NCBI GenBank assembly: GCA_030141605.1
Contig: JAQGDQ010000032.1
Location: 662,065-726,064, forward strand
Origin: Tubiluchus corallicola
Lineage: Eukaryota; Animalia; Priapulida
DNA length: 64,000 bases
Direction: 5' to 3'
Shown one piece after another: positions 1 to 14,900 of this stretch. The first letter of the stretch is position 1. Each line of letters starts with the position of its first letter. Under the pieces are notes generated by a model. It ran no database searches and was not told the origin of the DNA. It worked only from the letters and a program-made list of their open reading frames with translations. Made by a program: the position numbers and the translations under genes.

Positions 1-182
1 AACCATGGATATTCAAAACAAAATCAGTATACCATAATTACTTGAGTCCCCATCGAGGGCTCAGAAATGTTAATTGTATAACGTCTCATTCGGAATTAAG
101 CAATTGCAATTCTGATGTAACACTCTTTAGGATATTCAATTTACTTGATATTGCAGCTTTTAGTTGTCAATTTCTCTTGCAG

Positions 183-296
183 GTAAATGTTTGTCCTGCT
201 ACTAAGCTAGAGAATGAGGCATTCCGTTCCGAGGATCCTACTGGGCATAGATTTTATGAGGTTCAAAGCCGCCTTGGCTATGCATCACCACAGTGA
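183..296 (+). CDS. Probable terminal coding exon of an unidentified upstream gene (VNVCPATKLENEAFRSEDPTGHRFYEVQSRLGYASPQ*)
   Basis: Polypyrimidine acceptor tttctcttgcag ends at 182. The phase-0 frame is open to TGA at 294-296, is more GC-rich than its flanks, and is followed by AT-rich UTR-like sequence. Protein not recognised. Confidence 0.55.
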   Translation, partial: VNVCPATKLENEAFRSEDPTGHRFYEVQSRLGYASPQ

Positions 297-3200
297 ATGA
301 GCAACAAATTTCACCAACAAACCATCAGAATTTTTTTTAGTATTAAAATCTGTATTTTCATCTTAAAATAAAAATATCGAAATTATTGCTTCTTTCATTC
401 TATCCAAAGATTCATTTTAGTGCATTTTGTGTCTGCTAATTATCATTCTCAAGCAAAATAAGTTTCTTGCTAAAAACCATATTTTCTATTTTTCTCCTGC
501 TTTCGTATGCTTTTAATATGATTATGGCAATTAGTTGTGTTGTAATGGTATATTTTTATTCAATTCAGCATATTGCAAGTGAAAATATCGTATTCAACAG
601 CAGGGCTCCACTCAATTTGTAGGGTTGTGGCAGGATTGGAACATGACTCATCAACAGTTTCCTCTAACATGATACAGTAAACTGTTAGAAGTGCTTTAGT
701 CACATTAGGATGTAAATACAGTACATCCACTCTGTATGAGGTAAAGAGACACCGAAACTAGTATAGTAAATGAACAATTTAAAGCTAGTGTCATTCCTGG
801 CAATTTCCCACCTGTTCACTACGGTGAGAATCGAACGTTTGAATTCGATTCCAACAAGTTTTTCTAATTTGAGTTTAATTCGAACCTAAAATTATGGATT
901 CAAATGATTCACCACTTCAACTACAAAATGTTATTTGTTGCGATTTGTTTGCACAACACCATTTTTCAACAGATATTAGTATTTTTAATGCAGGCATAAT
1001 CAAGCAAATATGTATGTTTTTTGCGAGACTGCGTTGAAATTCGGCTTCATTCAACTTCAAAAGTCAAAAATTTGATTTGGTTCGAATTCGCTTTCTCATA
1101 GTGAATCCTTACACCTAATGTTCACTGATGTCCTTCACCACTATTCTTACGTATCGATTGCCAACTGTAGCCTGTCAACTATGCACCTTGCCTGTTGGCA
1201 TAAAGAGAAGAAATTTTTATTATATCAGAGTGGAAGTTTACCCCCACCTGTGCAGATATTTTAGAAAAAGTCTTGGAAAGTTGAAATGCAGTACTTCATG
1301 TTTTGCAGACACGACTTTATTCAAATAATTTTATTTGAATCAATTTGTAGTACATTCTGATGACATTGTTATTTTGTTCTTGGTTGGCTGTACTTTTTTG
1401 CGCTAGAAGCATAATGACTTCATAATAAATACTGATAGTAATAATTTTAAGATTATACCCAATATTCACTTCAAAAGTACTGCCTTGTTTAATTAAAAAA
1501 CAATTTAAATTATTGGCGTGCTGTGAACTGAGTGGGAATTGATTCATCAGTTCTTAGGTAGCAAATGAAAGTGGAGCAAGGTATTTTTTGTGCTGTTTCA
1601 CAGCATTAAAGACTTGGGAGGTATTCTCTGTTAGATTTGAGTTAATAATGTATTGTAGCATAATGTGATATTCTATCAGTATTTTAATATAATCTATCGT
1701 ATTGTTACTTTTAGTTCATTACGTATTTTAAGATTGCTGTCTCAGTTGTCAGTAAATTTTTTCACATCTGTGACTTAGCTTATGATGTTGACCAAATTTT
1801 GCTTTAGTAGTAGGAATATGCAATTATGTTCTGGGTTGTTACAAATTTCAAGTTAGGTGAAATTTTAATATGCTGCACTGTTTCTCATTTTATTATTACT
1901 GTTTTGTTATATTATAAATTGAAGCCTAATATTACTTATTAATGTAATCTAATTTATGAATAGGTTGGACAGCATCACTTGTGCAATTCAAACAGCTTTT
2001 GTTTCAAAAGAAATGGCCTGGGTCAATCAAAAAAGTCCTGTCTTAGTGCAAACACGTAAATTTTTGAAGAAAAGTATTGTGGTATTTTGATTAATTACAT
2101 TATCCTGAACTTAAATGTTAAATTGGCTGAGACAAGCTTTATACAAATATCAAAAAGAATATAAACCTATTCATTATAATAGTGGCTTTGAACTAAATCT
2201 GCAGGCTCTGTAGTTGTCTACTCTCTTATAGTTTAGAAAACTTTTACGCTGCTCTTTATGACTAAATTAGATGTGTGTGTTACTTGCTTTAATATCATTT
2301 TTCTTACTTAATATTTTGAACTTAAGTATTTTATTTAGTGTTATTGATGACATAAGTGGGAGATGATATAAAAAAAGTTTTAGTACTATTCTCACGGTGA
2401 TAGCATTGTCCGTCCATTACATATAATGTATTTATCTATACTTATTTAATCTGCCTTGTATTAGCTATTACATGTTACTGCTGTGAGGCTATGTTACCTC
2501 AGTAACTATTGTTACTGATATTTAGAAATAAAATAAAAAATATTATGTGACTATCTCTGATCATTCACATTTGGTTTAATTTATTGGAATTTAGAAAAAT
2601 TTTGCCTCTGTTTTACCACATGCAAGTGAGCACTACTCACACTCGAGTTACTTTTAGGACATGTTTATACAATTGAAAGTAAAAATTGACAAAAAAGTTC
2701 ATAGTCTACTGTGTTACACTCATATAGCGGATTTGCCATCCTCATAAGCTCTCTAGATTAGACATTTCAGGTGCAGGTAATGCGTCCAAAAAGGGGGACT
2801 ACTTTTTGGGCTTGAACAAACTGATTCTACAGCTGAACTCGGTTTTCAATTTGCTTTGCAAAGTGGTCTTACGAGAGTAGGGATTAAGAGGTGTTAAGTG
2901 TAATTAACTTTAAAGATCTAAATATATTTTTAATTCAAATTTTTAAATTTATTTTTCTACAAATACTTCACAAGCATAGTTGACAAATTCAAGGACAATC
3001 AATACAAAAACAATACTCTTTAGTTGTAGTACATTATGCACATAATAGTGCATACATAGATTATGCCGATGTATGATGTATTTTTCCAACAAAAATGTCT
3101 TTGGTTTACAATAATTCTCTTTTTGGGAGATCTAAAGTAGGAAAAAGTAATGTGTAAATGCAAAGCTTTTGTACAAGCGAAAATAACAATAATTATTCAT

Positions 3201-6101
3201 GATAGCACATAACACAGATTAATTCTTAATGATACGTATACTGAAAAATAGACACAGAATTCACAAAAAATAAGAAAGGGAAAGAAAGGACACAATTACT
3301 ACTGTAGTTCTTCAGGTAAATAAATAAGGTCAAAATTGTCATTTTTTCCCTTTTTTGTCCTTTTTTTACACATGAACAACTACTGTGGTGGTTCGAAATG
3401 TTTGATTATTCATTGAATATTAATTATTTCACAAAATCACACAAGTATAAAATTTAAAACTGCTTTTTAAAATAAGTTTAAGTGTGAATATAGTGGGTAC
3501 TCTTATTTCCTGAAAAGCAAATTTAGTATTACAGCATTACTTTACACTACGAAGCCATTCGACATTATCATATTGGGCTTATTGGCTGTTACCTGGCTCC
3601 GTCTGCCGGCGAACCCCAGAGATCGAGGGGTGTCGTTTGCAAATTACGCGCTGCGGCCACAGGTCTCGCGTCGCAAAGCATAAACTTACTGTCAAGCTGG
3701 AATGTTTTCATGCCGAAATTTAACTGATATTTATCGTTTATGCGAATGAAATTCAAGTTTTACAGTTCGAAGTAATCTGTAATTGAAGTTTAGAACTGCC
3801 ACTGTTGACTGATACAGCCAAGATTGAGTGACTCATCACTTGGAATTATGTCGTAAGGTACGTAGATGATCCGATTGAATTTCTATTTCTGCTCGTTTTA
3901 TAAATGCCCTCAACAGGCAAATCAATTCATTGTTGTATTTTTAATTTTTTAATGAATTAAGAATAGCACTAGTTTGATAAATAACCTATAATATCCATGA
4001 ATCAACGTTATAACTGCACTCAAGCGGTTGTCTTCAGGTAATTAATAATCTTCAGCTCATTGCGCATGTATTTACATAACGAACAGAAGTTCTTGTCATT
4101 AGTTGGTGGTATGCTGGAGATTATTACTGACATTACAGTTATAATGAGGCAGCTTGGAGCCTTATTTAGCATTTAGTTAACAAACTATGTGAACTGGAAA
4201 GTCGAAATTCATTTAAAATTACTTAAATAACAGGATCCTCCTACGTCACAAAAGATTTGCAGTACGTAGGCCTATATGATTATGCAGTGCAAGCTCACGA
4301 TTGCAAGCTTTTCAGGTTAACAATTTTAAATTAAAACATACATTTTTGTTAAAGCGTGTTAATTCTCTAAGGTTTTCGGCAGACATCACTGCGTGTGCTA
4401 TGAAACCCGTATAATAAAAATTTGTAGTATATGAGAAGAACCAATAGTAAAATTAGGTCTAATGACAGTCACATTCACTTGACTAGCCCAATAATAATTT
4501 TTATTAACTACAGTTTCTCGGCAATGCGTATAACTTAAGGGGTAATTTGGTATTATAAATTCATAAAACTATCATGTGCAGGCTCATTTAAAAGTTAGCA
4601 GTAACCAATTTATCAGAACAATTTAAATGCAATCAAGCATCATACTAATGACGCAGCGTTGCGGGAGATAAGGCGTTGATATTCATTGAGAAAACACAGC
4701 CCATATTTACAACAGCTGCGTGATTTTACTACATGGGCGCACACATGGCTGCCTGCTTTCAGGTTTTATTGCAAATAAGCGACCTGAGTGTCTGTTAACT
4801 CTTAATGAAAGCAGCCAATTTGCAACAAGTACTATTATTGCCAGCTCTGCACTGCTCACTAAAGAGTAGTACTCGTAGATATGGGCGTATTACCAATTAT
4901 TTAGCAAAGTAATCGGGTTAAGAGTTGATGATGGACGAACATTCGACTATAAGCAAAAAGATTTCTTCCCCATTTCCTTGATTTCAAAACCTATTTTTAT
5001 CCTTCATTAAATAGTTTCTCCTGCCATCAGCTAATACATGATGCTAAGATTACAAGTAAAATAATGTTATATCAAGTTACTGGGTGATGGTGAAGTTGAA
5101 CTATAGTAATTTGTTGTTAGAAATTCTTAGATGGACTAGCGTGTATTTTGTCAGCAGCTATTTAGCTAGAGCTTCTGTGTGCGGATCATAATTATAATGC
5201 AGTAGCCGTAGAGGTATTTTATGGCACCACGTGAATCTAAACAGATACGTTATCATGAAGTGAGATTAGCAGAGAGTTTCAATTCGAATATTTACATTCA
5301 TTAATGTTTAGTCTAATCCTTATATTTGCTGTCTGCGAAAAGAAAACAGGAACTCCATTAAACCCAGAAAAGTGGGGTAATTAGATTCTTAAATATCCCA
5401 CAATAATAAATGGGATTGTTCATAATTATTTTATTAAAAACTAGCAACGTCTCTGCTGCATTCTAAAAGTCATAATCAGGAACGAAGAAAAGTTTCGAAG
5501 ACTAAGATACCTTGGTTCTTATGGGATATTCAGCAAATTGATGCCGTTTTTCGATTTTGCTATATTAAGAAATTACAAACTCGGTGTCGGGTAATGAAAT
5601 TCCTATTGTTACTAGAATTCAATAGTTGATGCATTGTTTGAATTTCAGAAGATTAGATTCTTCCATAATAATTATTATGGTGTTTCTGACCTTGTATAAG
5701 ACACAAGCCCCAGAATCAGTAGTTATAACGAATGCGTTCCCATTTTCGCACTGTCTCTGTTTAGAATGTTAGCAAGTCATTTAACGGCAAACAAAGCTAA
5801 TTTCTAAATCGAGATTCAGCCTAGGATTTTGCCTGTACGCATCTGGTGCAGAATGAGTAAATCAAATAGCTAAAGATTAGAAAGTTTGGATTACTTGTAA
5901 ACACTGATGTTATTGCTTCAGTCTTTAATTTATTGCGACTTTGACTGTCTGGGCAGTGAAATAAATTTTGTATATACTGTAGTGACGAACTTTATGATTG
6001 ATGTTTGAACACATAATCGTCTTTGTCTTAGCGTCCTCTATCATTGCTGAGGCTTGTGCGGACAGTCTATTAATTTAACAGAAAACAACAAACGCAATAT
6101 G

Positions 6102-6220
6102 ATAATGTTGATGATAAATTGATGATGATGATGGTGATGATGATGATGATGATGACGATGATGCTGATGATCCTGACGACGACGACGATGATCATGATGA
6201 GTACAATGGTGATGACGACA
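6102..6220. repeat. (GAT/GAC)n microsatellite
   Basis: Direct reading. Confidence 0.9.
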
Positions 6221-9200
6221 AATATGAAATAGTGGCTTTGTTATTGGCCATGCGGAGATGTTAATGTTGTGAATTAGGCAGGTGTTGCAATATGGTTGTA
6301 CTTAGAACTTGTAATGCCTGCATGTTGTTGCACTGTTGGTAGTTTTTGTGAGTCCGTCTCCTGAAATTTACGCATCTTTTCTGTATGAAAACGTGCCACG
6401 ACGGTGACCACAATATAAGTTTCAGGAAGCGTCTTGGCAGCAACTCATCTGTCATCCTTCAGGTCATGTAGCAATAAAACAACCCAAGCACGGTAAAGTG
6501 ATAAAATACATGAAGTGAAAGTGCCATTTTGTTAGTCTGGCAAACGTTTTTGTTAGTTTACCCTATCAAAGTGACCACCCATGTAGTGTTGTTCGACTCA
6601 GACACAGTGCAACTAATACGTCGATAACCACACGCTTGCCTTAACCCAACCCATATCGTGTTCCCAATCAGGGAAGCACTCGCCCATCTCGAACAATAAT
6701 TATGTTTGGCAAACTTTAACCTGATGTAGAGCGCATTGCCCTCTGTAATAATAAACATGTTGAGGAAGGGTTACGGGACTGGTCAGTGGCACAGTTTTCT
6801 TCCTGTATGGGCTGGGTTACGTGGTCAGAAATAAACTTGCCAAAAAATAGAAGAGGTGAATTAATTAGATTTTGACTGTGATTGCCAGAATTCTGGCAAT
6901 GGATTGTAACTAGTTTGCTTGTTAAATTGTTATTTTAACATCTTTAGGATTTTTTTTGTAGAGGTAAACTTATATAGCTAGTTTAGTGATTATTACGTCT
7001 GGCTCTGTGTTACTAAAGATTAGAAGCAAAACTCCAGACTTTAGTTTTGAGTGCCAGCTGTCTTGCTGGTGACGAGTTATAGCAAAAAAGATATTGTGCT
7101 GGACTGACACCAATTTTGACAAAATATTCTGATATTGCAGAACGATAATTCGCTATCTCAGCGCTATTGTCATCCCGCTAAATTTAATTTTTTAAAATTA
7201 ATGGGAAGCATGGCAGCTTTTGGCGTATTATTCTCTAATGTCTTTTTGCCGGAAAAAGATCTATATAATGCATGTGTCACGGAAATGTGAATAAAGAGGC
7301 GCATTTACGCTCATAGACACTTAAATTAGCCATCATGAGGTCTGACATCCGCTAACCCTTTCCGCTGTAAGCTTATTAACAAATTTAACACCTGTATGTC
7401 ACTGAGTACTCTGTGGAATGGGTAGCAAGATAGCAGCGAAGAATTTTAAGCACTGTTTATCGCATCATTTTCTTCTACTTGTAAGAAATTTAGCAAGTGA
7501 CTACGCTAACTTGGCCTAAACTTCGCTTTGTGGAGATTAAAAATAAGCTAGTTGCCGTTTAATGTAACCCTGCCCAACTTCCATAACCATATAGCCGTAT
7601 CACACAAAATTGTTATATCCTAAACGGGACATAACACTTTTTCGTGTGCAAAGTGTTTTCTTATTTATTTTGTCCTAAAACAGCTAAATTTGCAAGCCTT
7701 GTCGCAGTTTCGGGTGTATCAATATACAGTTTTTCTCTGGGGGAGAATTGATACTGAACGATGATACTCAAGGGTAAATATAGGGTCTGCTCAACGATGG
7801 TTATATCTTGCGTAAATCAAGAATGACACGCGTTCACGAAATCATCTCATTTGTCTCGAGGTTTATTCGTTACTGCATTCATGTGAAATTAATACTAGTT
7901 GTCTAGGAGTTACACATCCGCGCAAGCGTCTCTTTTGGGATGCTGACTGCGTTCACTCGTCTGGAAGCTGCAGCTGCGTTTTCACAGAGAAACTAGCACT
8001 CGCAGCTCACCGGGATGCTTTGAAGTTCTTTGAAATTAAGTTCGTGACATTAGTGATCCGAATTTATTGACGAGGTAAATATGTGAAATAGTGAACACTT
8101 AGTTCTATTAATGCACATACTAAATGACCTGCCCGTTTCTTAGTGTTTTAATTAGCTTGTCTTCATTATCTCTGTGCTTGTTAAATTTGCGACAGGCTAC
8201 GGAAATATTATCAGAAAATTGGACAGTAGTTTAGTTTGTGTAGCTATAACGAACTTGCTTCTGTTCCAGTAATAAAATTTGGTAAATTTTATTATTCCTA
8301 TTGTTTTAGGGATGCTTTGTGTTTGTTTGTTACTTTTTATGTTTCAGTGTTCCCTTTTGTCAGACCATATTCAGCTAATGAATATTTATGCGGTTGAAAT
8401 GTGCTTGCAACTATATGTAATTCTCTTAATAAATGTGGGTTTTAACTTTTTTCTCGACGTTTCTCAATTTTTTTGTTGTCCTACGACTCAATACCGAAGG
8501 TTTTGTAAACACAAAAAGTAACAAAGAGCTTGTTTCATAAACAACCATTGATATTTATAAGCACCTGCAATTTGTTTTAAATAAATACGCAGGTAAGCAG
8601 GCTGCCAATTAGATAAGAAAGTCGCTTCTGCTGCAGTTGTTTAGATTTTGACGGTGAGCTAAAACTCATCAGAAGTTCTCACCTCTCGAGAACTTTCTTG
8701 ATTCCTGTATTTCGATTTTATAATAAAGTTGAATTTAACTGGAAAAAGCTTTTATTTGTTTTTTCTAAAGGGAAAGTCTCGTAAGTTCAGTAGAGCAGCT
8801 AGAAGAGAATAAATTTAGGGGTTAGTGTTGCTGTAGGTCGACATATTGGTTCTTAGCTGCGACAAAATAGAAATGATCAATAACGAGTTAAAACATCATG
8901 ATGGACTAATTATTAGAATGATATTTACATGGGTTCGACGTCACGTAATGGGTTAGAGCATTTATCTGCAGGGAAATAACATATTTAGTATAACGACATG
9001 TCACATAGTTCAGTACATCTTAGTCTATCTTGTACAGTCTATATACGGCTACACTGCCTTTATTCGTTGACCATAGTATAATCTTCATGTGCTCATACAG
9101 TTGTCACACAGTTTTCGTTGCTGATAGAGAGTTGTCTGATTGCACTTTAAGAAACTGTTGTCGTCATCGTCATCGTAGTCGTTGGCTATTGTTTTTATGG

Positions 9201-9290
9201 CAGAAATCATAATCATATTGTGTTTTATATTTTTCAGATCACTGATGATATTTTACAGTTTACCTCTTGGATTGAGAATCTGAATTAAAT

Positions 9291-9747
9291 ATGGCCAGTA
9301 CATCATCATATTGTCCAAGACTACGCAAATTGACCCTCAACTCTCTGTGGTCAATTTGGTACTGCATTTTAGCATTTACCATTACCATGTACTTAGCAAA
9401 GAACAATTTTGTCAAATACAGACAGAATATGACTCTTGAATGGATCCAGAACGCTTACCCCAATACTGAGCTGCAAATGTTCATCTGCTTGACTGTCCTG
9501 GCATTGATTTTGTCACCATTCGTGCTCCTATCTAGTGTCTTCTTATGTGGGAATCTGGCAAATGACGGCAAGAAGTTGGGACGGAATGTGACCATGATGT
9601 CCGGGAGTAAGCAATCTATGTGGAAGATGCTGTGGATGTACTGTCCACCCGTGTCGCCACTCTTACATGTCTTCATATCGTACTGTTTTCTGATGGCCAG
9701 GCTTCTGATGGATGCTTCTCTAATCAAACATGGATTTCTTAAACTAG
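9291..9747 (+). CDS. tinc: Tincar-like multi-pass membrane protein, coding exon 1
   Basis: Acceptor ttttcag at 9237, ATG at 9291, donor G|gtaag at 9747/9748 (phase 1). Motifs LNSLWSIWY, GNLANDG.KLG and PP..PLLHV match my recollection of the tincar family; three hydrophobic helices. Confidence 0.85.
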
Positions 9748-11884
9748 GTAAGAATATTTATAGTTAAAAACAATACAAATTTAACTTTTACATTAAAAAG
9801 TTAAATCATGCCAAACGTTTGGGAAGCCAAATAGGTACAAATCTGAAGAAAAGAAATTGATACAGTAACAAACAGCTAAGTGCTTGAAAATAAAGTTAAA
9901 GGAACTTTCTTCGGGTCTGCTTAATCATTACCTATTTGGCTTTGATAAATACATAATTACTGCTTAAGTTATTGTATCAATTTCTTTACTAGTCTGCTTA
10001 TTCATTACCGTATTGGCTTCTGGTAACTACTTAATTAGTGCATAATACCTTCTGCCTATATCCACCGGTTTTATGTTTGTAAATTTACCACTGATGATGA
10101 TGACACATGATTTTATCTTTTTAATGTAAAAGTTTTAACAAATTTGTGTTGTTTTCAACTATAAAATTTAATGTTTTTAAGTGCCTGTAATAAAAATTGA
10201 CTAGGTAAGCATATTGTACTGTGTTTGTAAGTAGTTTTGACAATACTTACTTTATGGCTTTTCAATACTTAGGGTTTTCTTTACGATATTTGGTTTTATT
10301 TAAAAAGAATTGAAAATTAGCTGGTGCAGTAATACCAGTGACAATAACAATGAGGACAAAAAACAATTGACCAACGAACAAATGAATAAACAAAAAATAA
10401 ATGAACGAACAAATGAACAGACAAGCAACAACAAAAACCTTGTGGCTCGTAACCAAGAACTTTGGTTACATTGTTGCCAATGTTTCTAATTTCTTTACAG
10501 GTAAATGCCAAGAAATCTTTACATCAACAATTGTATCATGAATGACAACTTTTGTTCGTATGGTTTTAAATAGTAAAAAATGAACTCAGAGGTTAAGAGA
10601 GGATAGTTACACAACCTTTTACAATTGTTTGTAATCGGAGCAACCAGAAAATTAATTTATCCATTTGCTTTGATGCCTAACCTTTGCTAATTTAATTGCG
10701 GCTATGACTAAGGAAGTACAGTAAGCATTGATTGAGAGGCTACAGCTGTTTCTTGGGTGATTCAGATGCTTAGTTTGCTCACTATGCCTCTGGCACTTGC
10801 AGTTGATTTAACTCACACTTTACAGTGTCTTTCCCGACCAGGAGCTAATGAATGTTTAAAAAAACTCGGGTCTGTGACCGGGGTAACGAGTTAGAATAGC
10901 AGTTTTTTCCTAATTCAATAAGCAGCCGCGCGGTTGCAACTGTTGAATGTAAATATACTTGGAGTATACATGCGCTTTCACAGCTGAAGACCGTCATGCT
11001 TCTTTTACAAAGTAAATTTTTTCGTTTGATTTTTTAAACAAAGGTGACTATAAAGATTTAAGAATATCTTTCCAATTTTTTCAGGGGTACTATCATAATG
11101 GTTATGCACATGGTCCTGCATGATATTTTGGTTGCGAGCGTCCTCCAAAGACACTATTAGTGTAGTGAATGAGCGCATGGAATTAACGTGTATACACAGA
11201 TGTGCAGTTCGTGTATTAATCTTCTTATGCTGTGTTCGCTTACATAAAAAATTGTACAGTATATCAGTAAGATTCAACTAAACTCCATCTTAGTTACTAC
11301 GTTTTTAACATCTTGCTGGACCGCGCCATTTCTAGCCCTCATCTCGCTCCCTTCGTTAATTACCGCGCCATTTTTCACATAGGTTTCAGCTTTCTAGCAT
11401 TTTCTGATCGCAGATTGCATAAAAATGCTAGAACAAAAAGCTTCACCAAGCTTTGTAACTCAGTCGAACACTGTTTAGCTCACATCTGCAGTGGTTTTGG
11501 AATCCGCCGAAAAAAGCTGGGTAGCCCTCCACCAAGCAGATGAAGAGATGTTGGTGAAACTAGTATGCTAGTAATTACTGTTAAAGCTGGAAAGTGAGCC
11601 ACAGTGTGTAACTCTGCCAGTGACATGACAGAGATCAATCCATCTGGTGTGCGTGTCAGTTACTGAAGTCAGATGTAGGTTGGGGTGGAGAACCTATTTC
11701 TCTTAATTGGCCAGACTTGTGGTAGCATGTATGAGTAAGCAACGTTGATACTGCCTGAATGAACTGACCAGTGAAGCTGAAATTGAAGATGCATGATGTT
11801 CAGTAGCCATATGGCGATGGTGGTGGTCAGAATGAACCGCATGACCAGTGAAGCCAAATTGAAAGCGGATTATATGTGGTCATG

Positions 11885-11946
11885 TGGTGGTGGTGGTGGT
11901 GGTGGTGGTGGTGATGGTGGTGGTAGTGGTAGTGGTAGTGGTAGTG
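11885..11946. repeat. (GGT)n/(GGTAGT)n microsatellite
   Basis: Direct reading. Confidence 0.9.
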
Positions 11947-14900
11947 TTGATTTGAATGAACCGACTAGTGAAGCAAAATTAAAAACATATGTTGTCCGAC
12001 AGTCATGTGCTGGTGGTGCTGATGCAGGGGGAGGTAACTGGCGCGAGTATTTTACTGAGTTCAACCATTAGTTAACAGGGAGGACATCTGTTGTGATTTT
12101 GTTTTACTGAACCGTTGTAGTTCACTACTCTTTTCTACTAATGGCCACACTTGATTTTTGGTCTTGGCCATTCTCCCTACTGGTCTGGTTATACCAAACG
12201 GTCATAAAAATAAGCGTTTCTCTATTTTCTCGCTTAAACGCCGCTCCATTTACTTATTTATTTGCACGCTACTGTGAATGTAAATAAATTTGACTGGCCA
12301 GCCACTTTGTCTAGTATGCATAACAAGAGCTTTGTAGCTGGGTAAGGGAAGACGGATGGTTAGTCCCTTGCGAGCGCTCGTGAATGTGAAATTGCATGCG
12401 TGGCTTCTAATACGCAAAGTATCTTGAGGACATTAAGCGAACGCGGTATTCTTTGTGTTAGTTACCGTGCATTTTATGCATAAGGAAGTTAAACTTGTAG
12501 AATTTAAATTAGCTTACTAATCGTTTCAGTGCCGTTCATAGTGTGAGACTGAGTTGCGAGATTGACATCTCGTGCCTAGCTTCGCTGAGATAGGCCATTG
12601 TAACATTAAACTGTTTTTGTTAAACATTTGTTTCTGCGTTTTAGTTGTTGTACATAATGCTTGCAAATTAGCCATTGTAATGACTTGACTACCTGATTCC
12701 TCCTTTCACTCACTATTCTTTAACGTTTTGAAAACTGTGTATGTCAGAGACAAATCCCGAAATGGTTCAGTATTAATCGTCTTTATGGCTACAATTAGTA
12801 TGACTCGGTAATAATGTTGTTAAAATCTACTCGTTTTTTGCTGTTTGCTTCTCATTTGTAATTATTAGCGATCATACCGCTCAATCTAAGTTTCGAAGGT
12901 CAAATGTTCTGCTGTATTGCCGAAAAGTCGAGAGCGGTTTTATATGTAACATTTATATCAATCCTGGATCATTTTGGCGTCAGCTGATGAAACCTTGTCT
13001 GCAATTTCTTCCCCGCACGTTTCTAAAGTTCATTTTTATTCGCAAGTCTTAACATTCTTGTAAACATCTAATTCCGCGAGGACTGCACTGACACGCTGTT
13101 ATGTGCAGGCATGGTGAAGTAAGCTAGTCATTTACGTGCCCATTGGGATGGTCTAAATGAAGCAGACAGTTGCGAAATTGACTTGTCGTGTAGGGCTACA
13201 GTGAGGAATATAAAATTTAGCTTCGTATGTATACAGCATTCAGCCTTCAGATATTGTGTAGTAAATGCAGCTCTCTGCGCGAAGCTCGGGTTTTACAGTT
13301 TGATCGAAGAGAACTCGGCTTCGCGAATCTATTTTTTGGTTTGGTTTATCGCAGCTGGTTGAAGAAATACTTCTGGTCTGAGTTCATCCATGTTTGGCAT
13401 GTCTTGTCTGACTAGAAATGTAATAATGTTTTCTTACTCTTTCATTTTTTCGTCTAGTTTGCTGTCATAGCCATCGTGGGAGAAATGTAACTGGCCTGTG
13501 TGAATGTTTGTGATGCGTTGATGCTACGCATTATTCAACTTTCAAAATCTTTTGCTTTCCAGAGGTCATCTCATAGAGTCAGACTTGAATGAATTATGGA
13601 ATCCTAAAAAGACACTTTGTTCCCTCGCCATACATATGCCCTTTACCAGTTAGGCAAAGAGATATTGGTTATAGTATCTGTCTTACTATGAACGATTCGG
13701 ATTATAGTGTTATCCAGAAACGTTCTGTATCCAGCGAAGAACTAATGAAAGTTGCAGTCTTCCAGCTTTACTAACGGTAACTACCTGTAAAATCCACCTT
13801 TGAAGGTTATGGTACGTTCAGTGTTGTTGCCATTAATGTGTGAACAAGCCTTAAAGAACTGATCTGCTTAAGATTGCACACGAGTCCGCTTCTTTTTCTA
13901 CTTTCTGGCTATCTACAATACATTTCGCTTCTGTTAGAGTAATTGAATCTTTATGGTATCGCGTCTTAATAGCAGCAGCTGTAAGCGGGTGTAAGTTACT
14001 ACAGGCGCTATACTATAAGGATGGAGCTAATTCGTGAAACGTAGAGTGCAGTCTCCAGGATAGAAAGGAATAAGTTAAAACCTAAATCCGCATATTTGTT
14101 ACTACCTTTTCTGAACATTGCAGAACTCAATGTGGGATTTAATTAACTAGTCGTGAATGCAAATTTATCGTTGCAAACCAAACCAGAATAAATGCTACAA
14201 AATAAGTGATCAAGCGTTAAGTTGAATTTTTTGTTTACTATAAAACGGTATTTTTATGAGCACATGATTAGCAAATGAATTAAAGGAAAACCGATCCAAT
14301 GTTAAATCATTGCTTAAAATGATCCAACGCATAAAATATTGAAAGATAAAATTTCGTTTTTTAAAATTAACTTTTTAACTGAAAGAGTTAGTTCTCCTCT
14401 GTTACGCGCATTTCGTTACTTGCTGATTAGATCATCTGCGAAACGCATTGCCTAAAAAATAGGCATTGTACCGCTCAGTTTAGTTGTGACGTGTCATACA
14501 CTTGTGATGAAATCGCCAATTGGCAGCAGTGTATTGGCAAGCTTGGAATTTAGATTTTTGAACTTCAAACTTCTGGAGCTGATGTGACTCCTATTCAATG
14601 CTGTACAGTGGCACTGTATTTCAATTTTCGCTTTTGTAAACCCCTGTAAAAGGCTCGCGGAATGTTTTTGCCGTTTAAAAAAATTGTTCCCATAACGACG
14701 TCATCATCAGCTGTGTTCACCAGTGGTTAATTATCTTTCTATACTAATATTTTGTTATCAGGAATGCTTCAGCATTTTTATATGGGTGCTAAAATTTATA
14801 TTTTTAGATAATTTACTGTACTTTAAAATCAGGTAGAATATTAAAAATCACCCGGTTTTTCTTTAACTGAAACCCATTTACTAGCCAACATTTAAATTGG

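Noticed and set aside
815-1105. Possible MITE with ttcacta...gagaa / ttctc...tagtgaa ends
   Set aside because: The inverted ends are short and imperfect, with no clear TSD or second copy in the window.
11757-11990. CRISPR-like repeat-spacer pattern
   Set aside because: Only three degenerate repeats, uneven low-complexity spacers, no cas genes, and a eukaryotic intron context.
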